Below, piece by piece: positions 40,557 through 51,200 of a stretch of DNA of 64,000 bases. The DNA is taken from the NCBI GenBank assembly GCA_031285085.1, contig JAITWW010000093.1, positions 2,851 through 66,850 on the forward strand, read 5' to 3'. The first letter of the stretch is position 1, and every line of letters begins with the position of its first letter. Both the position numbers and the translations under genes were made by a program. The DNA comes from Candidatus Methanofilum arcanum (GTDB taxonomy: Archaea > Halobacteriota > Methanomicrobia > Methanomicrobiales > Methanospirillaceae). Below the pieces are notes generated by a model. The model worked only from the letters and a program-made list of their open reading frames with translations. It was not told where the DNA came from and ran no database searches.

Positions 40557-41390
40557 TTATTCTTCTATATCTTCTTTTGGAGAAGATTTAGATAACTCAG
40601 TTGCAAGCTGAGACATAATTGAACGAGAAAATGAGCTTGTAGATGGGTAGATATCAGCGAGCCATAATATAATATCACGGCGTTGTAGTTTCACCTCTGT
40701 TTTTCCCCATTCCAAAATATGCGTGGCACTCTTTTTTGGCCCTTCTGGAAGACTTGGAGCAAACTTTTCAAGAGGAAATTGTATCTCATAGTATGTCTTG
40801 AGGATATCTTTTTTATCAGAGGTTATATTATCTCCATCACCTCTATTTTTTAATCTCGTCTTTCTGAATTCTCTTAAAATATTTTCTTTTGTCAGCCCTC
40901 TCAGGGAAAAAAAGAGAAATGGATCATTGTCAATGCATTCTCCAAGATAATAATATGCAGAAGCAGCATGTTTGCATGGTTCACCATAGTCAGGACATGT
41001 GCATTGCACCATCATCTGTTCATACTCTGGAATAATGTCTACTCCTGATTTTTCACGCACAGTATCTGCAAACTCTTCTAATAGCTTCCCAGCAAAAAGG
41101 CAACTCATCCATACTGGCTGTGACTTAAGCCAGTCTAAGATAATTTTTTTTTCTTCTGAGGTATACTGGGGAAAGGTGATAGTAACGCGATATGTCTGCG
41201 AACCCATAATGGTCGCTTCTATACCATCCTCTGTAAATATAAATGATCGAATCTGACCCTGGCGGGCATATGATCGTCCTCGAGAAAGTCGACCAACATC
41301 TCCCACCTCCTCCATAAGATCAATGAACTCTTCACCCCACCATTCACTCCCAACTCCCCCTCGTTGTGATTTAAGCCGAAATATATTCAT
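40557..41390 (-). CDS. SWIM zinc-finger protein
   Basis: The CxCxnCxH signature appears as CTCPDYGEPCKH. It is co-oriented with and 46 nt downstream of the SNF2 gene. Confidence 0.75.
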   Translation of the reverse strand: MNIFRLKSQRGGVGSEWWGEEFIDLMEEVGDVGRLSRGRSYARQGQIRSFIFTEDGIEATIMGSQTYRVTITFPQYTSEEKKIILDWLKSQPVWMSCLFAGKLLEEFADTVREKSGVDIIPEYEQMMVQCTCPDYGEPCKHAASAYYYLGECIDNDPFLFFSLRGLTKENILREFRKTRLKNRGDGDNITSDKKDILKTYYEIQFPLEKFAPSLPEGPKKSATHILEWGKTEVKLQRRDIILWLADIYPSTSSFSRSIMSQLATELSKSSPKEDIEE

Positions 41391-41436
41391 TTTCCCACCT
41401 ATTCGTCCTGATCAGGTGCTGCACCTAATCTCTTCT

Positions 41437-44400
41437 TCAAAACACTGACTCACGAAGTGAGATTACATTTAATAGTTCATCATTTGAAAGTGACATGAGC
41501 CAATCATCTCCTCCGCCAAGAATTTGATCTGCAAGACCTCGTTTTTCCTCAAGCATTGAGTCGATTCGTTCTTCAAGGGTCCCTGCTGCAATCATAAGAT
41601 GTACAACAACATCTCGTCTCTGCCCAATGCGAAATGCCCTGTCTGTTGCTTGATTCTCAACAGCTGGATTCCACCAACGATCTACATGAAACACATGGTT
41701 TGCTCGAGTTAAGTTCAAGCCTACACCCCCTGCTTTTAGGGATAGTATGAAAATTTTTGGACCATTTGGATCCATAAACCTTGCAATTAACTCTTCACGC
41801 ATACTTCTTGTTGTCTGTCCTGTGAGGAGAAGCACTGTCTCTTTGAAGTACTCTTCAAGAACTGTTCTTAACTCAATGGCAAAGGTAGCGTACTGAGTAA
41901 ATACAATCGCTGCACCACCTGATTCAATAACCTCTTCGAGCATCTCTACAAGTCGTTGCACCTTTCCAGATCGTGCAACACTGTACTCCCACCCATGCAA
42001 ATACAGACAAGGGTGATCACAGATCTCTTTTAACTTTGTCAATGATGCAAGGACAATTCCCCGTCTTTTATTTCCTCCAGTGTTTTCAATAGTGCTTGCA
42101 ATAGATGTGACCACAGATTGGTATAGGGTCGCTTGTTCCTGCGTTAATGTGCAGTATACCTTTGTTTCAATTTTATCTGGAAGATCCGATATTATTGTTG
42201 GATCTGTTTTTACTCGGCGCAGCATGAAGGGACGAATAAGGCGTCTGAGTTCCTCTGCCTTTTGAGGATCCTCATTTCTCTCAATTGGAACGGCATACAT
42301 CTCTTTAAATCGTTCTGCAGGGCCTAAAAAGCCATTGTTTAAAAAGTGCATAATTGACCAAAGTTCTGATAGCCGATTCTCTATAGGGGTACCAGTTAAT
42401 GCAATCCTGTGTTCTGCAGAGAGTAAGTGTACTGATTTCGCTTGTTTTGTGCGATAATTTTTGATATTTTGTGCTTCATCTAAGATAATTGAAGCCCAAT
42501 GGACATTTGAGAATAAGGAAACATCTCGCCCTGTCACGGTATATGTTGTGATGACGATATCTATCTGAGATAATACTTCATGAAATTTTTCATTTTTCTC
42601 TCTCTCAGTTCCATGATGCACATACACCCTGAGAGATGGAGCAAATCGTTTGACCTCTCTTTCCCAGTTTCCTGCAACTGAGGTTGGGCAGACAATGAGC
42701 GCTGGATTCTTTTCAGGAAACATTTCTTTTCTTGCAAGAAGGTACGCGATCGCCTGAGGTGTCTTTCCAAGACCCATATCATCCGCAAGACAAACCCCGT
42801 ATCCAAGATCTGCTGAGTTCAAAAGAAAAGAAAGTCCTGCTTTTTGATAATGTCGTAATACTCCATTGAATGTTGATGGTACATTATATGTTTCGATTTT
42901 TCCAGGTTCGAATACACCCTTAATAAAATGTGAACACCACTCATCTTCACTTTCCAGCTCTATTGCTTGTTCATCGATTGCCACAAGTGAAAGAACTTCA
43001 CGTGGTGATATACCTTTGTTCCCTGTTTTAAGGATATTAATTACTGACTGTATCCTTCCAGGATCAATGAGTTTCCAACAGTTTTCATCTTTTAGATATG
43101 TGAATTGGACCTTCCCTTTATCTGAAAATTCATCAATCGTAATCTCTTCATCTCCAAGCAGGATGGTGTATTGATACTCCATTAATGTTTCAAGTCCAAA
43201 ACGTGGTCCTGCAACGGACTGTGCAAGTGCGACCCGAATCTTTGGTTTCACTGGTTTTTCTGATAACCATGCTGGAATATCAACGATGATACCAGCCTCT
43301 GTAAGTTGTGAAGCATACGCATCGAGAAATAGAGCAAATTGTTCAATAGTGAGATCAACATGAGTTGGATCTAACACCATCAAGGAAGGGTTAAGTAATG
43401 GACAGATTGACACTGCTTTCCCAATCTCTCGCATGAGTACTTCTTCAAGGTGAAATACTGGTGGAAGTGCTGAGTATGACTCCAGATCTCCATCCCAGAT
43501 CTGATCAGCAAAGACACGGTATGAAATCTCTCCTTCAGGGCAAAGATAGTATGAAAGGCGCCAAACCCCATCTGAAGTGTCTGGTTCTTCAATATCGATG
43601 TGCATACATAACACGATCTCATGATAATCAAAAGGAGAGGATTGGCACCAGGTCATGAGACTTTGTGTGATGTCATGGTACATGGGAAGCTCAGCATCCA
43701 TCTCAAAAACTTCAGGTACATAGGTTAGATGCAGGATAAAGAGAAGCTGAATGTGCTGAGACATAAGAAGTGATTGATTTAATTCTATTTTTGTTGTCTC
43801 GTTTCCTTTTCCCTCATTAATACAAGATGTAATAAATGAAGAAATAAATGCTGAAAGTATGTCATTTGCATGAGAAGTGGAGATTCGTGTCTCATGGATG
43901 GAGGTTGCATCGTCACTTGTAGCGTGTACACAAAGAGGAGGCATTGCCTGCCGAAATGTGCAAAGTCTCTCTGTCACTCGTTGTTCTTGCAAAAAAACCC
44001 ATGATGGTATGACATTTGAGTCATCAACTTGATGTAAACATGGTACGAATCGCTCTGCTCCAATCTCTTCCAGGCAAAATCCAGATAGCAGCATCCAGTA
44101 CTCAAGGCTTTGACCTATCGTATAGGAATAAGTATCTTTTTCGTTATGATTATCCTGTTTTTCTTTATGGAACAAATCCACAAGGTATGGAAGATCATGT
44201 ATAAAATATTTCAATGGATAAAGGTAGACAGGCACACGCCATGGTTGCATTTTTATGTTTTGTGTCTCAATGAACTCTCCTTCTGTCATTGAAATGGGTT
44301 TTTCATGGTAAGATGGAAAAAGATAGTCTTTATCACGTGCAACAAGCTTCGCTGTATGGGTACGCATTCGCGCGAAAAATGATAATAAGATATCATGAGG

Positions 44401-44556
44401 AACTGCATTTGGGTGAAACGGAATTTTATTCTTAGAGTAACGTTCCTTTCGCTTTACATCCTTAGTAATATACGAATTTTCTCCAAATATCACAAGGAAA
44501 TGGGGATAGCTACTATCATATAGTGCATGAATTGTTATCATCATGCGTACCTCCAT
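41437..44556 (-). CDS. SNF2-family ATPase with large N-terminal SNF2-associated region
   Basis: Helicase motifs seen are LADDMGLGKT, LDEAQNIKN, LTGTPIEN and LKAGGVGLNLT...DRWWNPAVENQATDRAFRIGQ. About 560 aa N-terminal to these are of unknown function. Confidence 0.85.
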   Translation of the reverse strand: MEVRMMITIHALYDSSYPHFLVIFGENSYITKDVKRKERYSKNKIPFHPNAVPHDILLSFFARMRTHTAKLVARDKDYLFPSYHEKPISMTEGEFIETQNIKMQPWRVPVYLYPLKYFIHDLPYLVDLFHKEKQDNHNEKDTYSYTIGQSLEYWMLLSGFCLEEIGAERFVPCLHQVDDSNVIPSWVFLQEQRVTERLCTFRQAMPPLCVHATSDDATSIHETRISTSHANDILSAFISSFITSCINEGKGNETTKIELNQSLLMSQHIQLLFILHLTYVPEVFEMDAELPMYHDITQSLMTWCQSSPFDYHEIVLCMHIDIEEPDTSDGVWRLSYYLCPEGEISYRVFADQIWDGDLESYSALPPVFHLEEVLMREIGKAVSICPLLNPSLMVLDPTHVDLTIEQFALFLDAYASQLTEAGIIVDIPAWLSEKPVKPKIRVALAQSVAGPRFGLETLMEYQYTILLGDEEITIDEFSDKGKVQFTYLKDENCWKLIDPGRIQSVINILKTGNKGISPREVLSLVAIDEQAIELESEDEWCSHFIKGVFEPGKIETYNVPSTFNGVLRHYQKAGLSFLLNSADLGYGVCLADDMGLGKTPQAIAYLLARKEMFPEKNPALIVCPTSVAGNWEREVKRFAPSLRVYVHHGTEREKNEKFHEVLSQIDIVITTYTVTGRDVSLFSNVHWASIILDEAQNIKNYRTKQAKSVHLLSAEHRIALTGTPIENRLSELWSIMHFLNNGFLGPAERFKEMYAVPIERNEDPQKAEELRRLIRPFMLRRVKTDPTIISDLPDKIETKVYCTLTQEQATLYQSVVTSIASTIENTGGNKRRGIVLASLTKLKEICDHPCLYLHGWEYSVARSGKVQRLVEMLEEVIESGGAAIVFTQYATFAIELRTVLEEYFKETVLLLTGQTTRSMREELIARFMDPNGPKIFILSLKAGGVGLNLTRANHVFHVDRWWNPAVENQATDRAFRIGQRRDVVVHLMIAAGTLEERIDSMLEEKRGLADQILGGGDDWLMSLSNDELLNVISLRESVF

Positions 44557-44719
44557 ACCTGTTTATGGAAGGCAGTTGGCTGGAATTTTTTTACTAAAGT
44601 ATATGTAATCAAGGTACTAATTTTCATTAGGTTCTCTTTCTTCATATTCTTGTTGATCTCAACGGTGATCAGAGCTTACGGTCTCACAAAAATATTTTCC
44701 TACTAAAAAGAGATTTATT

Positions 44720-46372
44720 TTATGATATGATTGTCTCATGAGATGCGACTGCTATATTATTTTGTCTATTTTTTTCAGAGACAGTCTCATCTGGATCAAG
44801 AATAATACCAAAATACCATTTTCCTGGAGAAATATCTACAGGAATCACTGGAACTGAAGATGCACTCCGAGTTGTTCCTGCTGGAAGCTCAGTCTTTCCA
44901 TAACTTATGAGAATATCATTTTCAGTGATGGTAGTATCTTTTGAAACATACAGTGCAACTCCAATAGGTCCAGATGAAACTATGCCATCGTTTCGAATTA
45001 TTGCAATAACCTCTATTTGCCCTCCGATAAATGCGGTCTTTGGTACTGAAAGTGACTCTACTATAAGATCAGCTATGGCGACATCTGATATACTTTCTAC
45101 CTCCTTGATAACTCTAATAGGAAGTGGTGAAAATGCTATATTGTTATTTTTCTCGCTTTCTTCCACACTTGATTCACTATCAAGTACAAGACCATAGTAA
45201 TAGTACCCTGGCGCCATGTCCGGGACGATCGGTGTTGCAATGCCATCAATAGCTGTTCCCGCTTTGAGCTCGGAAATTGTGCCTTCGCTAAGGATAATAT
45301 CATCCTCTCCAACTCGAATATCCTTTGAAAGGATTAATCGTGCTGTGAATGGCCCAGCATCTCCAATTCCAATATTTTGAATTGTTGTTTCAATTTCCGT
45401 TTCTTTTCCGATGTACATGATATCTGATCCAGAAAGTGCACCAACTTGTAGATCTGGCAATGATATTGTTGTCTCTGCACCGGCACCTACGATATATCCT
45501 TCACCTGGTGAACCCGTTTTTGATGCTGGAACAACCAGGCGCTTATCTCGCAGTGCGATTGCATTGTTCTCTTCGCTTTGTTCCATTACATTATTGACGA
45601 GATCTGCAAATCCCGCAATATACCACTCTCCTATGGGGATACGAGAGATTGGAATGTACAAATTCACTGTTTTTTCTTCACCAGGGAACAGATTCTTTAC
45701 AAAGTAGTATCCAATTGATTGATCTTCTCCTGTAATACGTGATGAAGATGAGATATGGTATGTTATATAAAAGAATCGTGTCGCTTTAAGTCCTGTATTT
45801 GCATATGTTGTTGTCAAATTAAGCTGATTTGTTTTTGGATCTACACTTGCTTCAAGTGCTTTTAACACAATATCTGAACCTTCTGGATCTGGAAGCTTCT
45901 CAGTATTAATCGTAGATTTTACATAACCATCTTCGTCTTCATCAGTTTCAATTGGGCGCAAGGTTGGAATAGGAGTCATACTAATGTCAGCAAGGGTTCC
46001 AACTCGCATCCGGTACGGATCCTGGATATTTGGTTCTAATGCCTCTGCAACATTCAAACTTTCTTGTGCAGCTTCTCTGTTTCCAAGTTCGGTAAGTGCT
46101 TTTGAGCGCCAGTGCCATCCAGGAGCATATTGAGAATTTAATGCAATTGCAGTGTTAAACATCAAAAGTGAAGCCTCAAAATCTCCAATACTGAATGCTT
46201 TCACCCCTTCTGTAATCCAATATATTGGATCTTCAATTGTTGTTGAGATGAATTGCTCTTCTGCACCAGAAACAGGTAGGAAAAGAAGGGATAGGCTGAG
46301 TATGATCCCAATTCCTATCGAAAACAATGTCATGAGATTGGGTTGTAGTGTGTTTTTCATTGAATCATCCAT
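44720..46372 (-). CDS. secreted protein with N-terminal TPR segment plus about four CARDB-like repeats
   Basis: It has a signal/TM segment, then TPR-like units (AFSIGDFEASLLMFNTAIALNSQYAPGWHWRSKAL). Repeated units follow of the form DL.V......G....I...I.N.G...AGPF...L.LSKD. Confidence 0.6.
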   Translation of the reverse strand: MDDSMKNTLQPNLMTLFSIGIGIILSLSLLFLPVSGAEEQFISTTIEDPIYWITEGVKAFSIGDFEASLLMFNTAIALNSQYAPGWHWRSKALTELGNREAAQESLNVAEALEPNIQDPYRMRVGTLADISMTPIPTLRPIETDEDEDGYVKSTINTEKLPDPEGSDIVLKALEASVDPKTNQLNLTTTYANTGLKATRFFYITYHISSSSRITGEDQSIGYYFVKNLFPGEEKTVNLYIPISRIPIGEWYIAGFADLVNNVMEQSEENNAIALRDKRLVVPASKTGSPGEGYIVGAGAETTISLPDLQVGALSGSDIMYIGKETEIETTIQNIGIGDAGPFTARLILSKDIRVGEDDIILSEGTISELKAGTAIDGIATPIVPDMAPGYYYYGLVLDSESSVEESEKNNNIAFSPLPIRVIKEVESISDVAIADLIVESLSVPKTAFIGGQIEVIAIIRNDGIVSSGPIGVALYVSKDTTITENDILISYGKTELPAGTTRSASSVPVIPVDISPGKWYFGIILDPDETVSEKNRQNNIAVASHETIIS

Positions 46373-47098
46373 TTATGCATCTAATGCAGCCATAATTCCT
46401 GGCTCTGTTATAAATACCCAATATGCGTTTCCTGTTGAGAGGCTGATCATTTCATTCCTTCCTTCGTCTCCTCCGTTGAGAATGGTCCCCTCATAACTCT
46501 GTTTTTCTTCATCCCATCCAATGATATTTGTCCAAACTTTTCTGACAGATAAAAATGCATCTCGTGCAGTTGCATCCTGGATACCAGAAAGGCCAACGAG
46601 GTTCCATCCCTCTGCAAGCGCTCGTGAAGGGGGAACCATAAGGGGATCCGTATTGTATGTGAGAGGAACCCATTGTTTCTGTGTAGTGTATACCCAATAT
46701 CCGTAGAGTGGCTTAATGACGTCGTCTTGAATCAGATCAATCCACCCACCTCTCTCAACATCATATGTCCAGATGCTATGCCCATCAGCATTCACATCAC
46801 CGAATATTTTTGCAGTATTTGCGCTTTTATCAAGTGTTCGAGGTGTTGCCACAAGATTCCATCCCTCATATAACATGATGCCAGCTTCAATTGCATTTGA
46901 TGATTGCATAATTTGGGTTATTTCTGGTGCCATCTCCACTATCTCCAAAGTTTCTTCCCCTCCAATCTCATCTTTTATTTCAAGCCCAGTGATCTCTTCA
47001 GGTTCGCTTTTTTCTGCCCATATACCTGGAATTGCCCAACCAATAAGCAGTATTCCTAGTACAATATGTATTGTTAGCTGAATGTATGTCTTCTTCAT
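46373..47098 (-). CDS. secreted protein consisting of signal peptide, acidic linker and a free-standing copy of the GWNL...GYW double-motif domain
   Basis: Residues from about 74 to 241 align with the C-termini of the proteins at 54994-58710 and 58720-64000 (LYEGWNLVATPR...PLYGYWVYT...EGWNLVGLSG...GNAYWVFI). Its stop abuts the start of the next gene with zero spacing. Confidence 0.5.
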   Translation of the reverse strand: MKKTYIQLTIHIVLGILLIGWAIPGIWAEKSEPEEITGLEIKDEIGGEETLEIVEMAPEITQIMQSSNAIEAGIMLYEGWNLVATPRTLDKSANTAKIFGDVNADGHSIWTYDVERGGWIDLIQDDVIKPLYGYWVYTTQKQWVPLTYNTDPLMVPPSRALAEGWNLVGLSGIQDATARDAFLSVRKVWTNIIGWDEEKQSYEGTILNGGDEGRNEMISLSTGNAYWVFITEPGIMAALDA

Positions 47099-47445
47099 TA
47101 TTACCCCATCTTTTTGTCGGTTATGTTTTGGCTTATCTTCTACCTCATAGCTATTTTATTTCTCACCATTTCTTATTAGTGCTCCTTTTTTTTATTCCTT
47201 ATATCTCTTTTTGAGGGTGTAAAATGTAGAATGATTTTACGTTATACCACAGAAATCAATTTTGAACAGAGTGAAGATAAATGGGATGTTTTCAGGTTCA
47301 AGGAGGCAAGCTTGTGCATAATCTGTGATTCTACTGGTTTTTTCCATGGTGCTATCTTATCACCCTTTGGGGTTTTTCAAAAATTGGTTTTTGTGGGTGA
47401 AAATAAGTTATCAAAGAAAGTGAATAAGTTATATTCATAATAACA

Positions 47446-48261
47446 TTATAATAAAGAGAAATCTGAACATGTAATAATAATTTCTCCAAAAAATTCAGCC
47501 TGATCCAAGGAGATGAAACCGTCATATGTTAAAAAAAGCAATGAAATAAACACCAGGTGGCGGGAAACATCAAGCTCATTGGCAAGGCCTGATAATGTTA
47601 TTGGCTCATCTTGCTCAATCAGTTCATGACAACAAGAAAGTACTTGTGTTGTAAACTCCTGGTATGCCTCTTCATGTGCAACAAGATCAGACACATCATC
47701 AGCACTCACATACATGTCATAGGATTGATATGACTCCCTTTGCCTCCTTCTCTCTTCTTTCTCTGCATTTCGGAGCAAATTAATCAACATATACACAGAC
47801 ACTGGCTGCTTGCGAACATGCTTACGATGGAGACGGCGAGAGATCTCTTGTTCTAGAAAACTAATTGGATCCCCTCTCCCTGGTTCTCTGCGAACAATAT
47901 TCGAAGAATCTTCACCCTCCCAGAACTCCTCTAAAGATTCATCCTCATGATCAACACTCTCATCATCAAAATATTCAGCTTTAATGCGAAGAAGCGTTGC
48001 CGCATAAAAAAGCATTCTCCCAGATACACGAATATCAAAAGCACGTTGACGCTCAGCCTCTGAAAAAAACCGATCGATAATGAGAACAATATCAACATCC
48101 CATGGATCAATCTCACCACGCTCTGCCATATAAACAAGCAAACCAATGGGATCCTCTCCACTTTGAGGTGTTTGAAGGGAGGTATGAGAAGAGAGTACCG
48201 ATGGAAAGAGGGGAGAAAGTTCAGTGTTCGTCTCATTATCTGATTCTTTAGCCATAATCAT
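47446..48261 (-). CDS. scpA: segregation and condensation protein A (kleisin)
   Basis: It overlaps smc by 4 nt. The N-terminal GEIDPWDVDIVLIIDRFF pattern and the acidic middle are typical of ScpA. Confidence 0.8.
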   Translation of the reverse strand: MIMAKESDNETNTELSPLFPSVLSSHTSLQTPQSGEDPIGLLVYMAERGEIDPWDVDIVLIIDRFFSEAERQRAFDIRVSGRMLFYAATLLRIKAEYFDDESVDHEDESLEEFWEGEDSSNIVRREPGRGDPISFLEQEISRRLHRKHVRKQPVSVYMLINLLRNAEKEERRRQRESYQSYDMYVSADDVSDLVAHEEAYQEFTTQVLSCCHELIEQDEPITLSGLANELDVSRHLVFISLLFLTYDGFISLDQAEFFGEIIITCSDFSLL

Positions 48262-51200
48262 CCACGTATCGAAACACCTGTTACCAGGGTACTTTTATCC
48301 TCACGGACTGTTACCCCAATAAGCCGATCAGAAGCATCAATCATAGGTTTTCGAAGAGAAATGCTCAGAAATTGAGAATCTTTGCAGAGATCACGAATCA
48401 TATCTGCAATGCGCTCAACATTATTAGTATCAAGATTCATATCCACCTCATCAAATGCATAAAAGGGGGCAGGAAGATATTTTTGGATCGAAAAAATGAA
48501 TGCAAGTGTTGTAAGAGACTTCTCACCTCCAGAGAGAGAAGCAAGCAGATGTACATTTTTATGATGGGGACGAACTGCAAAGGAAAGTCCTCCTAAAAAG
48601 GGTTCTTCTTTATTGTCAAGCACGATATCTCCTGTTCCAACCGTCAGTTTTGCAAAAATCTCACGGAAGTTATCTGATATCGCGGTATAGGTCTGCATAA
48701 ACGCATCATGTTTCATCAGGGAGTAGCGATCAATCCTCTCGCAGATCTCTGCATGCTCTCGTGAAAGCACCTCTACTTTTTCTTTCCGTTTTTCCAGCTT
48801 ATCACAGACAACCTCATACTCTTCAATTGCATACATATTTACTGGACCAAGGCGGGAAAGATCATACTCAGCTGCTGCTACCTTCTGCTCAATCTCTTCA
48901 AGACTCATATCAGTGACCTCATATGCTTCAGATGATGAGGCCGCGAGCTCTTCAGATATTTTCTCTTTTTTTTCTTCAAGACCAATAATAATACCAGAGT
49001 TCCTCTCAATCTGTCCATTGAACTTTCGCATTTCCTCATCAATAGTAGAGAGGGAGACCAGCAGCGTATCACGCTGACTCTGAAGCTCTGCCAGTTGATC
49101 TGTAAATTCACGTTGGCGATGATGGGTTTCAGAAATAGAAATCTTATAGGTAGAGATTGAAGCATGGAGCTGTGATACTTCCTCGTCAAGAACGGTGATT
49201 TTTGTTCGTATCTCATCGTCCTGTGCAAGCAACGCATCAAGACTACGCTTTGCGAAGCTCTTTTCACGTTGTTCATCAGCAATAGAAGAGTCCTTTGCAG
49301 AGATACGACGCTTGATCTCTTCGATCTGCATGTGTATCTGATCTAATGACTCATTGAGTCTTAAAAAAACGTCACCTTCAAAAAATTGAGAAAGTGATTC
49401 TATTTTTTCTGTACACTCATTGATATCTTGAGTCAAAAAAGCTCGTTCTTTCTCAATACGAGCAAGCTCACTGGATGTATCATCACTTTCCTTTGAATGC
49501 TCTACAAGTTTGGCCTCAATACCAACACATTCCACAGAAAGACTCTTCAAACGGCGTTCATACTCATCATACACAGCCTTTGAACGAACAAGTTCCTCAG
49601 AAGCCTCAACGCGTTTGCCGAGAAGGCGATCTCGTTCTGCATTTGCATGAGAATATGATGCTTCACACATCTCTTCTTCACGAGAGAGGGCTGCCAGTTG
49701 CTCTGACAAAACATGGAGATCATCAACAAATGACATACCAAACCCAATAGAAGATTTTTGTTGGAGACTACCTCCCGTCATCGAACCACTTCTTTCGATC
49801 AAAGAACCATCAAGTGTTACCATACGGTACTGTCCCATACGAGCTTGTGCATCAGATAAAGAGCGCATGACAACAGTTCCTCCAAGTGTGACCAAAAATG
49901 CATTCGAAAACTTCGGATGAAACTCAAGGAGATCAACAGCAAGTCCAATAATGGCCTCATTTTTTCGAATGGTAGGGAGAGATGGAAGACGAAGTTTATT
50001 GAGAGGCAAAAATGTTACTCGGCCAAGATTATGAATTTTCAGATATGAGATTGCATCTGCTGCCACATCAACATGCTCTACAACCACGAAATTCAGTCGA
50101 TTTCCAGCTGCTATATTCAAAGCTGTTGCATATTCTGGTTTACATCTTCCAAGTGAAGCAAGGGTTCCATGCACTCCTTCCATAGAGAGCACTGCCTCAA
50201 TTGCTTTCCCATATCTCCCGGATGCCTGTTGCTGCGCTTCTTTTCGATGCAACTCATACTGAATCTCACGGACACGACGTGAAAGGTTCTCACGTTGTTC
50301 ACGCTTTTGATATACTTCCTTTTCGGCTGCATGTACAGCAGTTTCAAATTGGTGAGTCTGATGCTGTGCTTCCTCATACGCTTCCTTTGCACTGACCAAA
50401 GAATCACTTATTGTAGTGGATTCATCTTTTACTTCTTTTAATCTTGACAAAAAACGCTCTTTCTCAGAATTTCTCATTCGAGATCGCTCAAGAAGCACAT
50501 CCTGGTTACGAATTAAAACACTTCGAAGCTCTTTTTTCTCACGAATCTCTTTATCAAGGGCTTGATACTGTTGTTCAATATCTCGTTCTTTCTCACCATA
50601 GGATGATAGTGCCTCAACTACCCGGGCTTTTTCCTCTTCAACTGTCGACAGAGTTATGGCAAGAGTACTCTTATCAATCATCAACTCTCGAAGGGAATTT
50701 GTGTACTTCTCAATGGATGACTCATATCGTTTTCGCTCCGCAAAAATTGAATTTAGCTGCTGGTGATGTTGTTGTTTCTCAGCTTCAGCACGTCCGATCC
50801 GATCCTGTGCACTCTCAATAGAAGCCTCAGCAGTTGCAATAACACGAATAAGATCACGGTACTCATCTCCTGTTTTTGCAGCAATGGTAGCATCAAGCTC
50901 GGACAATGCGGTAGAATAGTGTTCTTTTTTGTCAACACAAGCATCGATATGTTCTTGAAAATGTGTTATTTTTTTGCTTTCATCAAAAATAAGAGAGAGA
51001 ATGTCATTATACTCTTGTTTTTTCTTTGAAATTCTCACATATAGTCTACAGCGTGTAAGATAATCAAGCGTTGTTGTGAGCTCACGATGGCGTAATGCCT
51101 GCTCGCGTTGTTTTTCAAGCTCATTTTGGCGAGATTCAAGAGATGAGAGGTGTACAGTCTCCTCTTGAATACGAACATGAACCCGATCTAGCTCATTTCG

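Noticed and set aside
47231-47440. 69-aa plus-strand ORF between the GWNL-domain gene and scpA
   Set aside because: It has no motif and sits opposite to all neighbouring genes in an intergenic region. There is insufficient evidence to call it a gene.
40485-47445. Direct repeat of the tRNA-Met 3' half that would delimit an integrated element containing SWIM-SNF2
   Set aside because: Visual scanning of the intergenic regions at 44557-44719 and 47099-47445 found no copy of tccattcctcgct. I left this as a computational check rather than a claim.
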